Part shown: in pieces, positions 51,974-63,720 of the stretch | Layout of the letters: every line of letters begins with the position of its first letter | How positions within the stretch are numbered: the stretch's first letter is position 1 | DNA from: the human T2T-CHM13v2.0 reference genome, Homo sapiens | Assembly (NCBI RefSeq): GCF_009914755.1 | Contig: NC_060931.1 | Reading direction: 5' to 3' (one strand) | DNA: 64,000 nt | Made by a program: the position numbers and the translations under genes | The notes under the pieces: generated by a model | Database searches by the model: none | The model's input: only the letters and a program-made list of their open reading frames with translations | Told to the model about the DNA's origin: nothing

Positions 51974-53127
51974 TCTCTAAACAATAAAGACACAAATAGC
52001 TTAAAAGTAAAAGAATGAAAAAGATACACTATTCAAACACTAATCTAAAGAAAGCTGGAGTGGCTTTACAAATATCAGATGAAGTAGACTTCAAAACAAA
52101 GAATATTACCAGGGATAAAGAAGAACATTAGGCAATGATAAATTGGTCAATTCATCATATAGATATAAATATCTTGTACATGTATACACCTAAGAACAAA
52201 GCTTCAAAAACATGATGCAAAATCTGACAGAAATAAAAGAAAACATAGACAGAATTTATAATTTTAGTGGGAGATGTCAGTATTCTTCTTTCAGTAATTG
52301 AAAGACCAAATTAAAAAAAAAAGTTGGTAAGGATATTACAGTCTTGAATAGCACAATCAACCAACTTGATCTAACCAACAATCACTGAATACTCTACCCA
52401 GTAACAAGCAGAATATATATTCTTTTGACAAGACAGATCATATTCTAGGCTACAAGACAAACCTCAACACATTTAAAAGAAATCACATTAAGTGTGTTCT
52501 CCAACTAAAAAGGAATTAAACTAGAAATCAATAGAAAAATATGAAAAAATCAAAATATTTAGAAATTAAACAACACACACGTCTAAATAACCCATAGGAC
52601 AAAGAATAAATCAAATAGAAAAAGAGAATCTTCTGAATTAAATCAAAATGAATTTTTAAAAAACTCCAAATATGTGGGATATAACTAAAGCATACTTAGA
52701 GGGAAATTTATAGTATTAAATGATTATATTAGGAAACAAAAAAAGTTTGAAGTCAACAATCTAAGCTTCCACCTTAATAATTAGAAAAAGAAGAGTAAAT
52801 TAAACCTAAATCAAGCAAAAGGAAATAAACAATAAAGAGTAGACATAAATAAAACAGAAAACACAAAACAACTGAGAAAAATCAATGAAACAAAAAACAG
52901 GTATTTGCAAAGATCAATACAAATAATTAAACTTTAGCCAATCTGATGAGAGAAAGAGAGAGGAGGCAGAGTAGAAACAGAGGGAATGGAAGGGTAAAGA
53001 AGAAACACAAATTACCAATATCAGGAGTAAAAGAAGGAATATCCTCACAGTTCTCATATATATTAAAGAGTAGGAGGGGAATACTATATATAGGCAACTT
53101 TATGCCAATGAATTGGATTGCTTAAAT

Positions 53128-53322
53128 CAGTGGTCCTCAACCAACAGGGGACATTTGGCAAAATGTCTGGAGACATTTTTAATCGTCACAACTGGGGAGT
53201 TTGCTCCTGGCATCTAGTAGGTAGAGGCCTGAGATGCTGCTAAAACATCCCATATTGCACAGAACATCCTCCCACAACAAAGAATTATCTTGCCCAAATG
53301 TTACCTTGGTTGAGAAATCCTG
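53128..53322 (+). mobile_element. MER20
   Basis: 'cagtggtcctcaacc...ggttgagaaatcctg' with an imperfect 8-bp TSD gcttaaat/atttagat. Confidence 0.88.
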
Positions 53323-54074
53323 ATTTAGATGAAATGAACAGTTCAGATAAAATTCCTTCAAAGACTCCAACTACCAAAGCTTTCTCAAGAAGAAATAAAT
53401 AACTCAAACAGTCCTTTATCTATAAAAGACACTGAGTTTGTAGTTCAAAACTTTCCACAAAAGAAAACCATAGCCTAACAGGCAAATTCTAACAATTAGG
53501 AAGAAATAATATATTCTTCTAGAATATATAAAAAGAGAGGGAATACACCCCAACTCATTTTATGATGTTGTTGCTTTGCTACACAAACCAAACATTAAAA
53601 CAAGTGACTAATATCCCTCATGACTATATATGCAAAAATCCTTAATAATAGAGATTCAAATCCAACAATATACAAAAAGGATCATATGTCATGACCAATT
53701 GGGATTAATCTCAGGAATGCAAAGTTTATTCAATGTTTGAAAATCATGTAATTCTCCACATCAACAGAGTAAAAAATAACACTACATGATAACTGAAAAT
53801 GATATAAAGGATTTGAAATCTTCAAAATGTATTTGTGATAAAAGCTGTCAGCAAATAGGAATAAAGAAAAACTCCCTCATTCCAATAAATGACATCTACA
53901 AAAAGCCGACAACTAACTTCAAGCTGAATGGCAAGACACCTCTCCCTTAAGATTAAGAACAAGGTAAGGATGTCCATTCTCATCATTCTTGTTCAGCAAT
54001 ATGCTGGAGTTCCTAGACAGTAAAATAAAACGAGAGAGAAATAAAAGGCGAAGGGATTGAAAATGAAGATTTTA

Positions 54075-54227
54075 GGCCAGGTGTGGTGGTTCATGCCTGT
54101 AATACCAGCACTTTGGGAGGCCAAGGCGGGTAGATCACTTAAGCCCAGGAGTTTGAGACCAGTCTGGGCAACGTGGCAAAACCCCATCTCTACATAATAA
54201 AATTAATAAAAAATACAAAAAAAATTA
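54075..54227 (+). mobile_element. Free left Alu monomer (FLAM_C-like)
   Basis: Single monomer plus A-rich tail. 15-bp TSD aaa(a/g)tgaagatttta at 54060-54074 and 54228-54242. Confidence 0.85.
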
Positions 54228-54769
54228 AAAGTGAAGATTTTAAACTGCCTTTATTAACAGATGATATGATTGTCTATGCAGAAAATCCCACAGAATCTTC
54301 AAGCAAGGTCACCAAATATAAGGTGAACATAAAATATTGTATTATTACATGCTAGCAATTAACAATTGAAAGTTAAAATTAAAATATAGAACAATTTATA
54401 ATAACATCAAAAAACATGAGACACTGAATAAATCTAGCAAAATATGTAAAGGGTTTGTTCAATGAAACTATAAAACACTGATAAGAGAAATTCTGCTATA
54501 TTCATAGATTGGAAGATTCAATATTAAGATGCCAAGTCTCACCAAACTGAGCTATAGATTAAATGCAAACCTTAGAGGTTTTTTGTTTTGTTTTGTTTTG
54601 TTTTTGGTTTTCATTTGTTTGTTTTGTCTGGCAGACAAGCTGATTCTAAAATTTGTATGGAGAAGCAAAGGAGCCCAAATAGCTAAAGCTATTTTGAAAA
54701 ATCAAAACCAAGTTGGAGGGCTCACACTACCCAATTTTAAGATTCACTATAACTTTACAGTATTGGCAA

Positions 54770-54774
<5 letters not shown>

Positions 54775-54818
<44 letters not shown>
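54775..54818. repeat. (TA)n microsatellite
   Basis: About 22 TA units. Confidence 0.95.
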
Positions 54819-54820
<2 letters not shown>

Positions 54821-55664
54821 TCCATGGAACAAAAATCCAGAAATAAAACCACACATACATGGTCAACAAATGATTCAACAAAGGTGTCAAGGTAATTTAA
54901 TGGGGGACAAAATGATCTTTTCAACAAATTGTGCTGGAATAATTGGGGATTCATAAAAAAAAAACCCCAAACTTATACCCCACATCATACATAAAAATAT
55001 ATTTGAGAGACGGACTATAGACCTAAATGTAAAATCCAAAAATAAAAAGCTTCTGAAAGAAAATGTAAGAGAATGTCTTTGTGGTGCTGAGTTAAGCAAA
55101 GTTTTCTAAGAATGAAAGGGAAAAATTGATAAATTGTACTTCATCAAAATTAAAAACTCCTACCCTTTGAGAAATACTGTTAAGAAAATTAAAAGATACA
55201 GAGAAAACCTTTGCAAAGCACACATAAAGAACCTGTATCCATAATGTACCCATAATTCCTAGAACTCATTAATAAAAAACCAAAATAAAAAGAAATGAGC
55301 AAAAGATTTGAGCACCCACTTTACCAAAGAGACAGAATGGCAAACAAGCATATAAAAAGGTGTATAACACGTTAGTCATCAGGAAAACCCAAATTAAAGC
55401 CACAATCAGAGATAACTGTATGCCCATTAAGATGGCTAAACTTAAAGACGAGAAAAGCCTTATAATACAAGTGTTAGCAAGGATGCAGAGCAACGGAAAC
55501 ACACACTGCTGGTGGAAATGCAAAATGCTACAACTACTTTGGAAAATAGTTTGGCAGTTTCTCATAAAATTAAATATACATTTATCACATAACTTGGCAA
55601 TCCCACTCCTGGGAATTTATCCAAGATAATTAAAACATATGTCCATGGACTGGCACATGAATGT

Positions 55665-56762
55665 TTATTCTGATGACACCTGGTGTACTGTAATACAACT
55701 TCAATGCTAACCACACAGAGTTAGCACCACACATCGCAGGTTTAAAAGCATGCTCCTCAATAAGACTTCCCTTACTTCTGAGGCCCAGATGCACTTGCGG
55801 GTGCCCAAGTCCCCTGCATTTTTGATCAACTGGCTACCAATCCTGTGGTTTCCACAACGTTCCCAGGTTCGATAAGAGAGTGACTCATATAACTCAGGAA
55901 AGCACTGTAATCATGACTGTGGTTTTATTCTTTATTATAAGAAGTAAAAATCAGAAACAGCCAGAAGAGACAAAGGGCAAGGTCTAGGAGGTTCTGCAAC
56001 ACAGGGCTTTTGTGTGCTCTTCCCATGGAATTAGGGTGTCACTCTTTTTTAAAGAAAAGGCAGCAGGCCCAAAATGGAGTCACTTATGCCAAGGTTCCAG
56101 GTCACCAAACCTAAATGGTTCACTTACAAGATATGACCTTCTGAGAAATCAGGAGATGATGCCAAATTCCATTAGGCTAACAAGATTTTGTTTACTCCCA
56201 TAAAAGAAATGTAATCTTAAAACAATCCATCCATTAATTTGTTCATTGTTCTTGCTTGCTTCCACTTTTTTCTGCCATAAAACCCATCCATTCTGTCTAG
56301 CTTAGTGGCACTCCTTTCTATTTTGTAGACTGGATGCTGCCGGGCTCATGAATTGCTAATAAAAGCCAATTAGATCTTTGAAATTAAATGTTTAAATTTT
56401 CTTCTTTGATATCCTTTTGGCACACCAATGTGTTCTTCAAACAGGAAACTCGACTGAGCTTTGCTGTCCAGAGTTCTAATTGGGGATTCATTACACAGGC
56501 ACAACTGATTAGCCAAGTGATTGAATCCAATCTCAACTCTTTCTCCCCTCCTTAGAGGTCAGCTGGCTCAAAATCCCAACACTCTAATCACAGGTTAAAT
56601 TTTCTGGGGACCAGCCTCCATCCTAAGTCATCTCATCTTGTTAGCATAAACTTTAATAATCCAAGGGGCTCATGAATCAAATACATTCCTATTCCTAGAG
56701 AAATTCCAAGGATTTATAGTCTCCCAAGAATGAAGGAAAAAGCCCAAATTCTTTATGTAACA
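55665..56762 (-). mobile_element. MER21-family LTR, split by a second LTR
   Basis: MER21-like text 'aactcaggaaagcact' and 'gaaattccaagg...aaattcttta'. Flanked by atgt/atgt, after which the L1 resumes. Confidence 0.75.
56048..56411 (+). mobile_element. MER92/MER93-like ERV1 LTR inside MER21
   Basis: 'aggcccaaaatggagtcacttatg...gctaataaaagccaattagatcttt'. Confidence 0.55.
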
Positions 56763-57033
56763 ATGTTTATAGAAGCTTTATTAATAATCACCCAAACTTT
56801 GAAATAATCCAATTGTCCTTAAACTGGTGAATGGATAAAACTGTGGTATATTCATGCAATGAAATGTTAACAATAAAAGAAACAATTGATATATACAATA
56901 ACATGGATGAATTTTAAGAATATGACAATTTTTTACATAGAAACTGTAAATGGAATAACTATCAATACAGCATCATCTTATGATCTGTAGCATCAGAGAA
57001 ACAAATGCTTTTTTATAAAGCTGTAATTTAGTT

Positions 57034-57236
57034 CAGTGTTTCACAGCCTCAGTGCTCTTGACATTTTGGACCATACAGTTCTTTACTGTGGGGAGCTATA
57101 GGTTATTTAGCCTCATCCCTGGCCTCCATCCACAAAGACACCAGTACCAATGTCCCAGTTGTGACCACCAAAAATGTCTCCAGATATTATCAAATGTTCC
57201 ATGAGTGGTGAAATCACCCCCAGTTGAAAACTACTG
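57034..57236 (-). mobile_element. MER20
   Basis: Perfect 8-bp TSD atttagtt at 57026-57033 and 57237-57244. Confidence 0.9.
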
Positions 57237-57545
57237 ATTTAGTTAAACACATATTTTTTATATCTTCATAATCTTAAGTGTTTTGTGGAAACAAAAATCT
57301 GATCTATTAAATCAGTGTAGAAAATTTTATGGCATTCAAATTATGCTTTCCATAGAAAAACATATCAAAATTTTACATAAATTAGAAACTTTAGAGCAGT
57401 ATTATTTTTCACATCAGGGCAAAGATATAATTGACTTAAAAATTATCACACTTGTCTAAATTGTCCAAGTATTCACTTTTAGTAATATTACCTGATCTTT
57501 TTCCACCATTTACTTAATAACAAAAACCTCATTTTTCTTAGAGCT

Positions 57546-58482
57546 AATTTTTTGACACATACTTGTACATATTTATGGAACATATGTGATATTTTACATG
57601 CATAGATTCTGTAATATCAGGTCAGTATTTGGACATCCATCACCACAAGCATTTATCATTTCTATGTGCTGAGAACATTTCAAGTCCTTACATCTACCTA
57701 TTTTGAAATGTACAATACATTGTTGTTTAGTCACCCTACTCTACTAGATTATAACTTACTCATTCTAAATGTATGTTTTTGCCCATTAACCAACCTTTCT
57801 TCATTGTCTCCCCCCAACACCTCCCCACTGACATTCTTCCTAGCCTTTTATAACAATCATTCTACCTTTTACCTCCATGAAATCAACTTTTTTAGCTCCC
57901 ACATATGAGTTGGGAGGCATATAATAGCTTTCTGTCGCTGGTTTATTTCACTTAATGACCTCCAGTTCCATCCATGTTGCTGCAAATTACGTGATTTCAT
58001 TGTTTTTTATGGCCAAATAGTATTTCATTGTGTAAATATACTACATTTTCTTTATCCATTCAGCCGTTGGCGGACACTTAGGTTGATTCCGTATCTCTGC
58101 TATTGTAAAAAGTGCTGTAATAAACATGAGGGCACATGCATCTCTTTGATATATTGATTTCCTTTCCTTTGAATAAGTACCCATATGCTGGATCATATGG
58201 CAGTTTTATTAGTTTTCTGAGAAATTTCCATACTGTTTTTCTATAATGGTTGTATTAATTTACAGTTCCACCAACAGTGTATGAGAGTTCACTTTTCTCT
58301 GTATCCTTCCCAGAATCTGTCATTTTCTTTTTGATAACAGCCATTCTAAGATGACATCTCATGGTTTTGATTTGCATTTCCCTGATTAGTGATAATAAGC
58401 CCTTTTTCATACACCTGTTGGCCATTTGTATGTTTTCTTTTGAAAAATGTCTATTTAGATCCTTTGCCCACTTCTTAATAGG
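57546..58482 (-). mobile_element. L1MA4/5-like 3' end
   Basis: 'tgtacatatttatgg...agcatttatcatttctatgtg...gttttgatttgcatttccctgatt'. Confidence 0.8.
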
Positions 58483-58750
58483 TTTAAAAACCTCTTATTT
58501 AAAAATACTGACGGTCTTAGATTGTTTCCTGTTATTTGATAACATATGCGTATCTTTGTTTCTTGTAATCTGGCAATCAAGGCCATTAAACCATGGCTAA
58601 CTTCTTCAACCCATCTCCTTAACTATTTGAAATTCCTTAAAAAGCCAGTAAACTCACCCATTGAAGTTTTTTGTTTTTTTACTTTCTCTCTGAAAATTTG
58701 GTTTTCTTACAAAAAGTCTTACTTTGTTTATACCAATCGAAATAGGAGCT

Positions 58751-59127
58751 TGTGTTAGGCTGTTCTTGCATTGCTATAAATGAATACCTGAGACAGGGTA
58801 ATTTATAAAGACAAAAGGTTTAATTGGCTCATGGATCTACGGGCTGTTCAAGCCAGCATCTGCTCAGCTTCTGGGGAGGTCTCAGGGGACTTTTACTCAT
58901 GGCAGACAGTGAAGCGGGAGCAGGATTGTTACACGGTGAAAGCAGGAGCAAGAGAGAGGAGGGGGAGGTACCACACACCTTTTAAACAACCAGGTCTCAC
59001 ATGAACTCACTCGTCATCAAGGGGATAGTGCCATGTCATTCACGAAGGATACGTCCCCATGATCCAAACATCTTCCACTATGCCGCACCTCCAACACTGG
59101 GGCAACATGAGATTTGGAGGGGACACA
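58751..59127 (-). mobile_element. MSTB-like MaLR solo LTR
   Basis: Perfect 5-bp TSD gagct at 58746-58750 and 59128-59132. Confidence 0.9.
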
Positions 59128-59858
59128 GAGCTCCATTAAATTTAAGACACATTAAAATCTAATTTAGTACTTATCTCTGGAGAGAAGCAAAGGCATGCAA
59201 GTTTATCAACAAATGTATTTAGAAAATATTGTACACTCATAAAATACTTTTATCCAACATCTGGGCAAACTAGGGTACTGTGGAGGAGTTTAGTGCCAAA
59301 TTTCTTTCCATTTCAGTATTTATGTGTGTATGTTTTGTTTTTAAACACAAAGCTTTTTCAGACCATCTGATTTGTATTTGATTCATTTTATTTTATGGGA
59401 TGTTTTTTTTTTTAAAGAAAGGAAAAATAAAAATCCAAGCTACTCAGCACCCTTTAGGTTGCTTAGGAGGTCATCAATCTCCAGAAAAAAACAGAAGTAA
59501 TTTTCCCATTCAGTCTGCTGTCTCATTCCATTACACTTACACATTCATTAATATAAGTGTTTTTTAAAGGAAAATTCTTAAATCTGAAGTCTTTACAACT
59601 ATGTAAAACTAATTTCAATTTTTTACTTAAATCCCCGCATCACTCCCCATCACTCCCTCATATTTGATGGTTAATCTGTATTTTTAAATTACGTATCACC
59701 AGTAGTGCACAGAAATGATCAATTTTTATGTCTAATTAATATCAATAATTTCCAGAAGTTGAGAGACCATAAAGTGGGTAAATGCCAGCTGCAAATACAA
59801 AAAGTGTTACAAGTATAAACATCTGTAAAAAGCTTTTACAAGGTCTTTTCTTTCATTT

Positions 59859-59917
59859 ACACACACACACTTTACAAGGAGAGGTCTTATATTTACACAC
59901 ACACACACACACACACA
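59859..59917. repeat. Two (CA)n tracts in a short duplicated unit
   Basis: The unit 'tttacaagg..gtctt..attt(ac)n' occurs twice. Confidence 0.8.
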
Positions 59918-60110
59918 GAACTAGCAGCCTAACTTTTATAACTTCATCCTTCTTAATCAAAAATAAAGAATAAAACTCACCAACTTATTGGAGGGAGATC
60001 AGAGACACAAAGGATAGCTGAAAGATGCCTGCTTTCCAGCAAGCATGAAAACTATCTTCTTGAATACTTTTTAACGCTCATAGCACTGTGTAAATAAGAC
60101 AAGGAACATG

Positions 60111-60777
60111 CACAAGACAGGGAGCTCTCTGGGCTTCTCAGTACAGGGGGCCTTCAGCAAATGGGCTAGAAAAGGAGAAAGGGAGGTCGAATTCCTCCCT
60201 TACAGCCAGACCCTGCCACACAGGTTCCAAGGGCCTTAGCCCCCTGCCCTGGCTGATGCTCCCTCCCCCTCTCCCCCTTAACAGGGCCCTAAGCCCACCA
60301 CACAGCTGAGCTGGACCAAGCTGAGGAGTTGCTGGAGCAGCAGCTGGAGCTGAATCAGGCCCTGCTGGAAGGGCAGGAGGGGGTCAGGGCCACAGCCCTG
60401 GTGCTCAAGGTCCAGAAGCTGAAGAAACAGATGAGGAAGCACAGATAGTCTGGGAGGAGACACTCAAGCTTCCCACCAGTGGCCACAGCACACTCCATCC
60501 CTGGAAATACTGCAAACCAACCCCCCAGGAGCCCCGGGATCAGAAACATCCCAGTCTCTTTCAGGCCAGATAAAGCAGAAGAGACCCCCACAAAGGGCTG
60601 GCAATTGGTAGGTAGTGGGGGAGCCAGGGCTCTGCAGTCTTAGTCCCATTCCCCCTTGACCTCGCAGCAGGGCACCCAGGCCTTACAGGAATTTACCCTG
60701 GACCATGCCCTAAAATAACCTCACCCCAAATACAACAGAACAAGAGAGCACCCACACATTAAGAAATAATAATAAAA
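60111..60777 (+). pseudogene. Retrotransposed MCCD1-like fragment (intron 3' end, last exon and 3'UTR)
   Basis: 20-bp TSD taaataagacaaggaacatg at 60091-60110 and 60778-60797, with an A-rich tail. 60302-60448 translates as TAELDQAEELLEQQLELNQALLEGQEGVRATALVLKVQKLKKQMRKHR*, close to the recalled MCCD1 C-terminus TAELARAEELLEQQLELYQALLEGQEGAWEAQALVLKIQKLKEQMRRH. Confidence 0.85.
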
Positions 60778-61755
60778 TAAATAAGACAAGGAACATGAAG
60801 GATTCTGCCACTGGCAGAAGAAACTGATCTAGGCTGCAACATGAACAACTTAATCATACAGGAGAGACAAGATATTGGCCTGACTGAGATGCCAGTTGAT
60901 ATCAACAGCCTTGAAGACATGAAGACAATCAAGAAAGATAAATAGCTGCTTGGCAGAAAATTAGGTCAGACCACAAAAGTCAGCTCTCTAACACTGCTTC
61001 CACCAATTGAGAAATAAAGCAGCCATGCACTTATCAAACCCAGAACCAGACTTAACCAAGACCCAGAAAAAGAGCCATGAGGAGGGGAAAGTAGAAAACA
61101 GTCAGCAAGTGTAAAGGCTCTAACTGTTTAATGAGGTTCATCCCTGGAGGCAAGGTGAGCCTGGATGTAAACAGCCAACTAGGCAAAGCTGGCTCAGCAG
61201 GTGAGTCACCTGGGCATCCCAGTGGAACATCCACCTGTCAAAGGAAAACTCAGACAACAGCATTTAGGACGGGAGTTTACTTGCAAAGAAGGCTGCAAGA
61301 AAATTTTCAGGCTTTAGAAGGACAGGCTCACAAATAAAAAGGACAACAGTTATTTGAAAGAAAAATAACTTTCCTAAGAACCAGTATTACTGAATTAAAA
61401 ATTAGGCTGGTCAGGGTGTAAAATGACAATTTTCTCATGTAATCATTTACCTCACATCTTCAAACATCTTGAAAAACTGTTTTTCTTATTTATCTTAGGT
61501 TGTAAGTCCCTTCCCTACCCAACCTTCCCCAACTGTGGGATGCTTACTTAACTGAAAGCAAGGTAAGAAATTTGGACTTGTTGCACCCCCGCCACCTCCA
61601 TCCCTTTAGGGCAGAAGTAGGCATTCCATTTACATTCCCCTACAATGCAAGCCACAAATTTGTCAGGTGATTGCTTAAAAAGAGAAGACATTCAGCAATC
61701 CACAGTTCAATCTTCAGTCCCTACTTACCTTGGTTATTTGACTGACAGCTAAGGT

Positions 61756-62254
61756 CAGTAGTTTTCAGTTGGTGGTAATTTGGCACCCCAGACACTATTT
61801 GGCAATGTCCACATACATTTTTGGTTGTTACAGTGGGGGAGGGGGTGCTACTGGCATCACCTAATGGGCAGAGCCCAGGGAAGAGGCCATCTCAACATTA
61901 AGAGGTATTTCTACTAGTGAAGTAAACCATGTTTTTTTTTTTTCTAACAGCCTAAGAATATTACACCAAAAAAAGAATTTTATGTAGACATATTAACGCC
62001 AAGCATTTATTAGTTTTCAATATAAATCTGACAATTATTTTGAGTATCTCTTAATACCTGGTGTTGAGATGTTAAAAAAAATTAAGTTGAACTTCTCTTA
62101 GATTAATTCCATTACTATTGTAAATGTTCTTAAATATTAGGTACTAATGGACAGAATAAGTAAAATAATGGATTACCTATAATGCGCAGGATAGTTCCCA
62201 CAACAAAGAATTACATAGCCCAAAACGTCAATAGTGCCACTGCTGAGAAACCAT
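61756..62254 (+). mobile_element. MER20 split by a ~295-bp foreign insert (61882-62177)
   Basis: The left half ends 'gagcccaggga' and the right half resumes 'cctataatgcgcagg...tgagaaaccatg'. Confidence 0.8.
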
Positions 62255-62257
62255 GAC

Positions 62258-62440
62258 ATAGACTCTGGAGCCAGCCCACCTGGGTTGAGATTTCAGCTTG
62301 ATGACCAGTTACCAGTTGTGAAGCTTTGGACAAACTGACTCAACTACTCTGTCTTATTTAGTTTGCTCATGTAGAAACTGAGTAAGATAAAACAGTACCT
62401 ATAATGCCTAAGGTTGCTGTGACTATTAAGTGCCATATAA
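62258..62440 (+). mobile_element. MIR
   Basis: 'gactctggagccagcccacctgggttgag...cagtacctat...ggttgctgtgactattaag'. Confidence 0.75.
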
Positions 62441-62646
62441 CTGTTTGCCATGGTAATCTTTATCGGAAATACTCCTCCTGTTTCTCAGACTGCAATATAT
62501 ATCCGTATCAGTATCACTTCAATAGTTTTTCCTTTTATTTACGTCAAAATTTCCTCTGTCATGTTTCCACTTCTAGATATGGAGGTTTCAACACAAGGAT
62601 AAATCTTAATGGACTTTCAACATCATCACTTTCTATTATATATAGT

Positions 62647-63188
62647 CATACAGAAGAGTTAACATAGGAGGCTTGACTGCTCTCCTTGGAGGCCTGCTTA
62701 CAAGGTTGGCCCTTGTTCTCAGGTGTTTGAGAATTTAAGATTTTAGGAGTGTTCCCATCAATTCCCAGAACTGATAAAAGTGGCTCAGTAAGCCTAAACT
62801 ATACCAAAACTACAGCGTATGTTGAACACAATTCTCTGAGAAAGAAATTCCATAAAGGAATTCTGTTATGTGCCAGGCAGAGGGTGCCTAAATAAATGCC
62901 CTCAATGAAAACCCCAGGCACCAAGTCTCGAATGAGCTTCCCTGGTTGGCAACATTTCACAGGTGTTGTCACAACTCCTTGCTGGGGGAGTTAAGTTGCA
63001 TCTTGTGTGACTCTACTGGGAGAGAGCAGTTGGCAGCTGGAGCCTGGTTCCCCCAGACTTCATCCATGCACTTTTTTTGCTCTTGTTCTATATCCTTTTG
63101 CCATAATAAATCTTATCTGTGAGTATGACTATATGCTGAATTTTGTAAGCCCTCCTAGTCAATCACCAAGGGGGAAAACTCCTAACAA
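62647..63188 (+). mobile_element. MER77/MER68-family ERVL solo LTR
   Basis: 'acagaagagttaacatagg...ggcctgcttacaaggttggccctt'. 5-bp TSD atagt at 62642-62646 and 63189-63193. Confidence 0.82.
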
Positions 63189-63358
63189 ATAGTTCTTGTT
63201 GTTTCATTTCATTCTTGATGATATGTAAAAGATCATGTTTACCAATTTAAAGTATCACGTTTAATACATGTCTCATACACTGCATTGGTAAACAGACGGG
63301 TTACGTTTCATTTTCACTCAGCTACTGCAAGTTTTCCTAAATCAAACATATTCTGTCA

Positions 63359-63720
63359 TTATATATATGGGTCAATATCTGGCACAAATATTTTATAAAC
63401 TAAACTGTATGGCATTTCCTTCTTCCCCTTACATTTCCAAGTTACTGTTCTTCTGGTCACATGAGCAAAATCTGTGGAAGTATCTTTCCCACTTCTCATG
63501 AGATGTGCTCTATTATTCCTCACTGAAGTCATTATTCTGGTATTCAGAGCCAAATTCAACTCTTTAATATCTGCTATATAATCAGCTGTTAACTTTCCAT
63601 CTTCACCCTTTTTCCATCTTTCCCTTTTCTTCCAAAGATTGAACTTTCCATTAAAATGGCAGGCAAGAAAAAAATCTTTGTGCTCCAAATCCACTGGGTT
63701 TTCTGTCCAGTTTACATTCC
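63359..63720 (-). CDS. Candidate terminal coding exon of an unidentified gene whose upstream exons would lie beyond the window
   Basis: 120-codon stop-free frame in AT-rich non-repeat DNA. Acceptor 'tctttatttag|GG' at 63721/63720, TAA stop, and ATTAAA on the minus strand at 63260-63265. Confidence 0.55.

Larger units (their letters stand above)
50280..56925 (+). mobile_element. Long, old L1M element (ORF1, ORF2 and 3' remnants) with several nested insertions
   Basis: ORF1-like 'KILFKNEGEIKTF', EN 'aaagctggagtggct...atcagatgaagtagacttcaaa', RT 'TDDMIVYAENP' and C-terminal 'HCWWKCK'. Confidence 0.8.

Noticed and set aside
60278-60649. Three minus-strand ORFs
   Set aside because: Antisense shadows of the GC-rich MCCD1-like insert.
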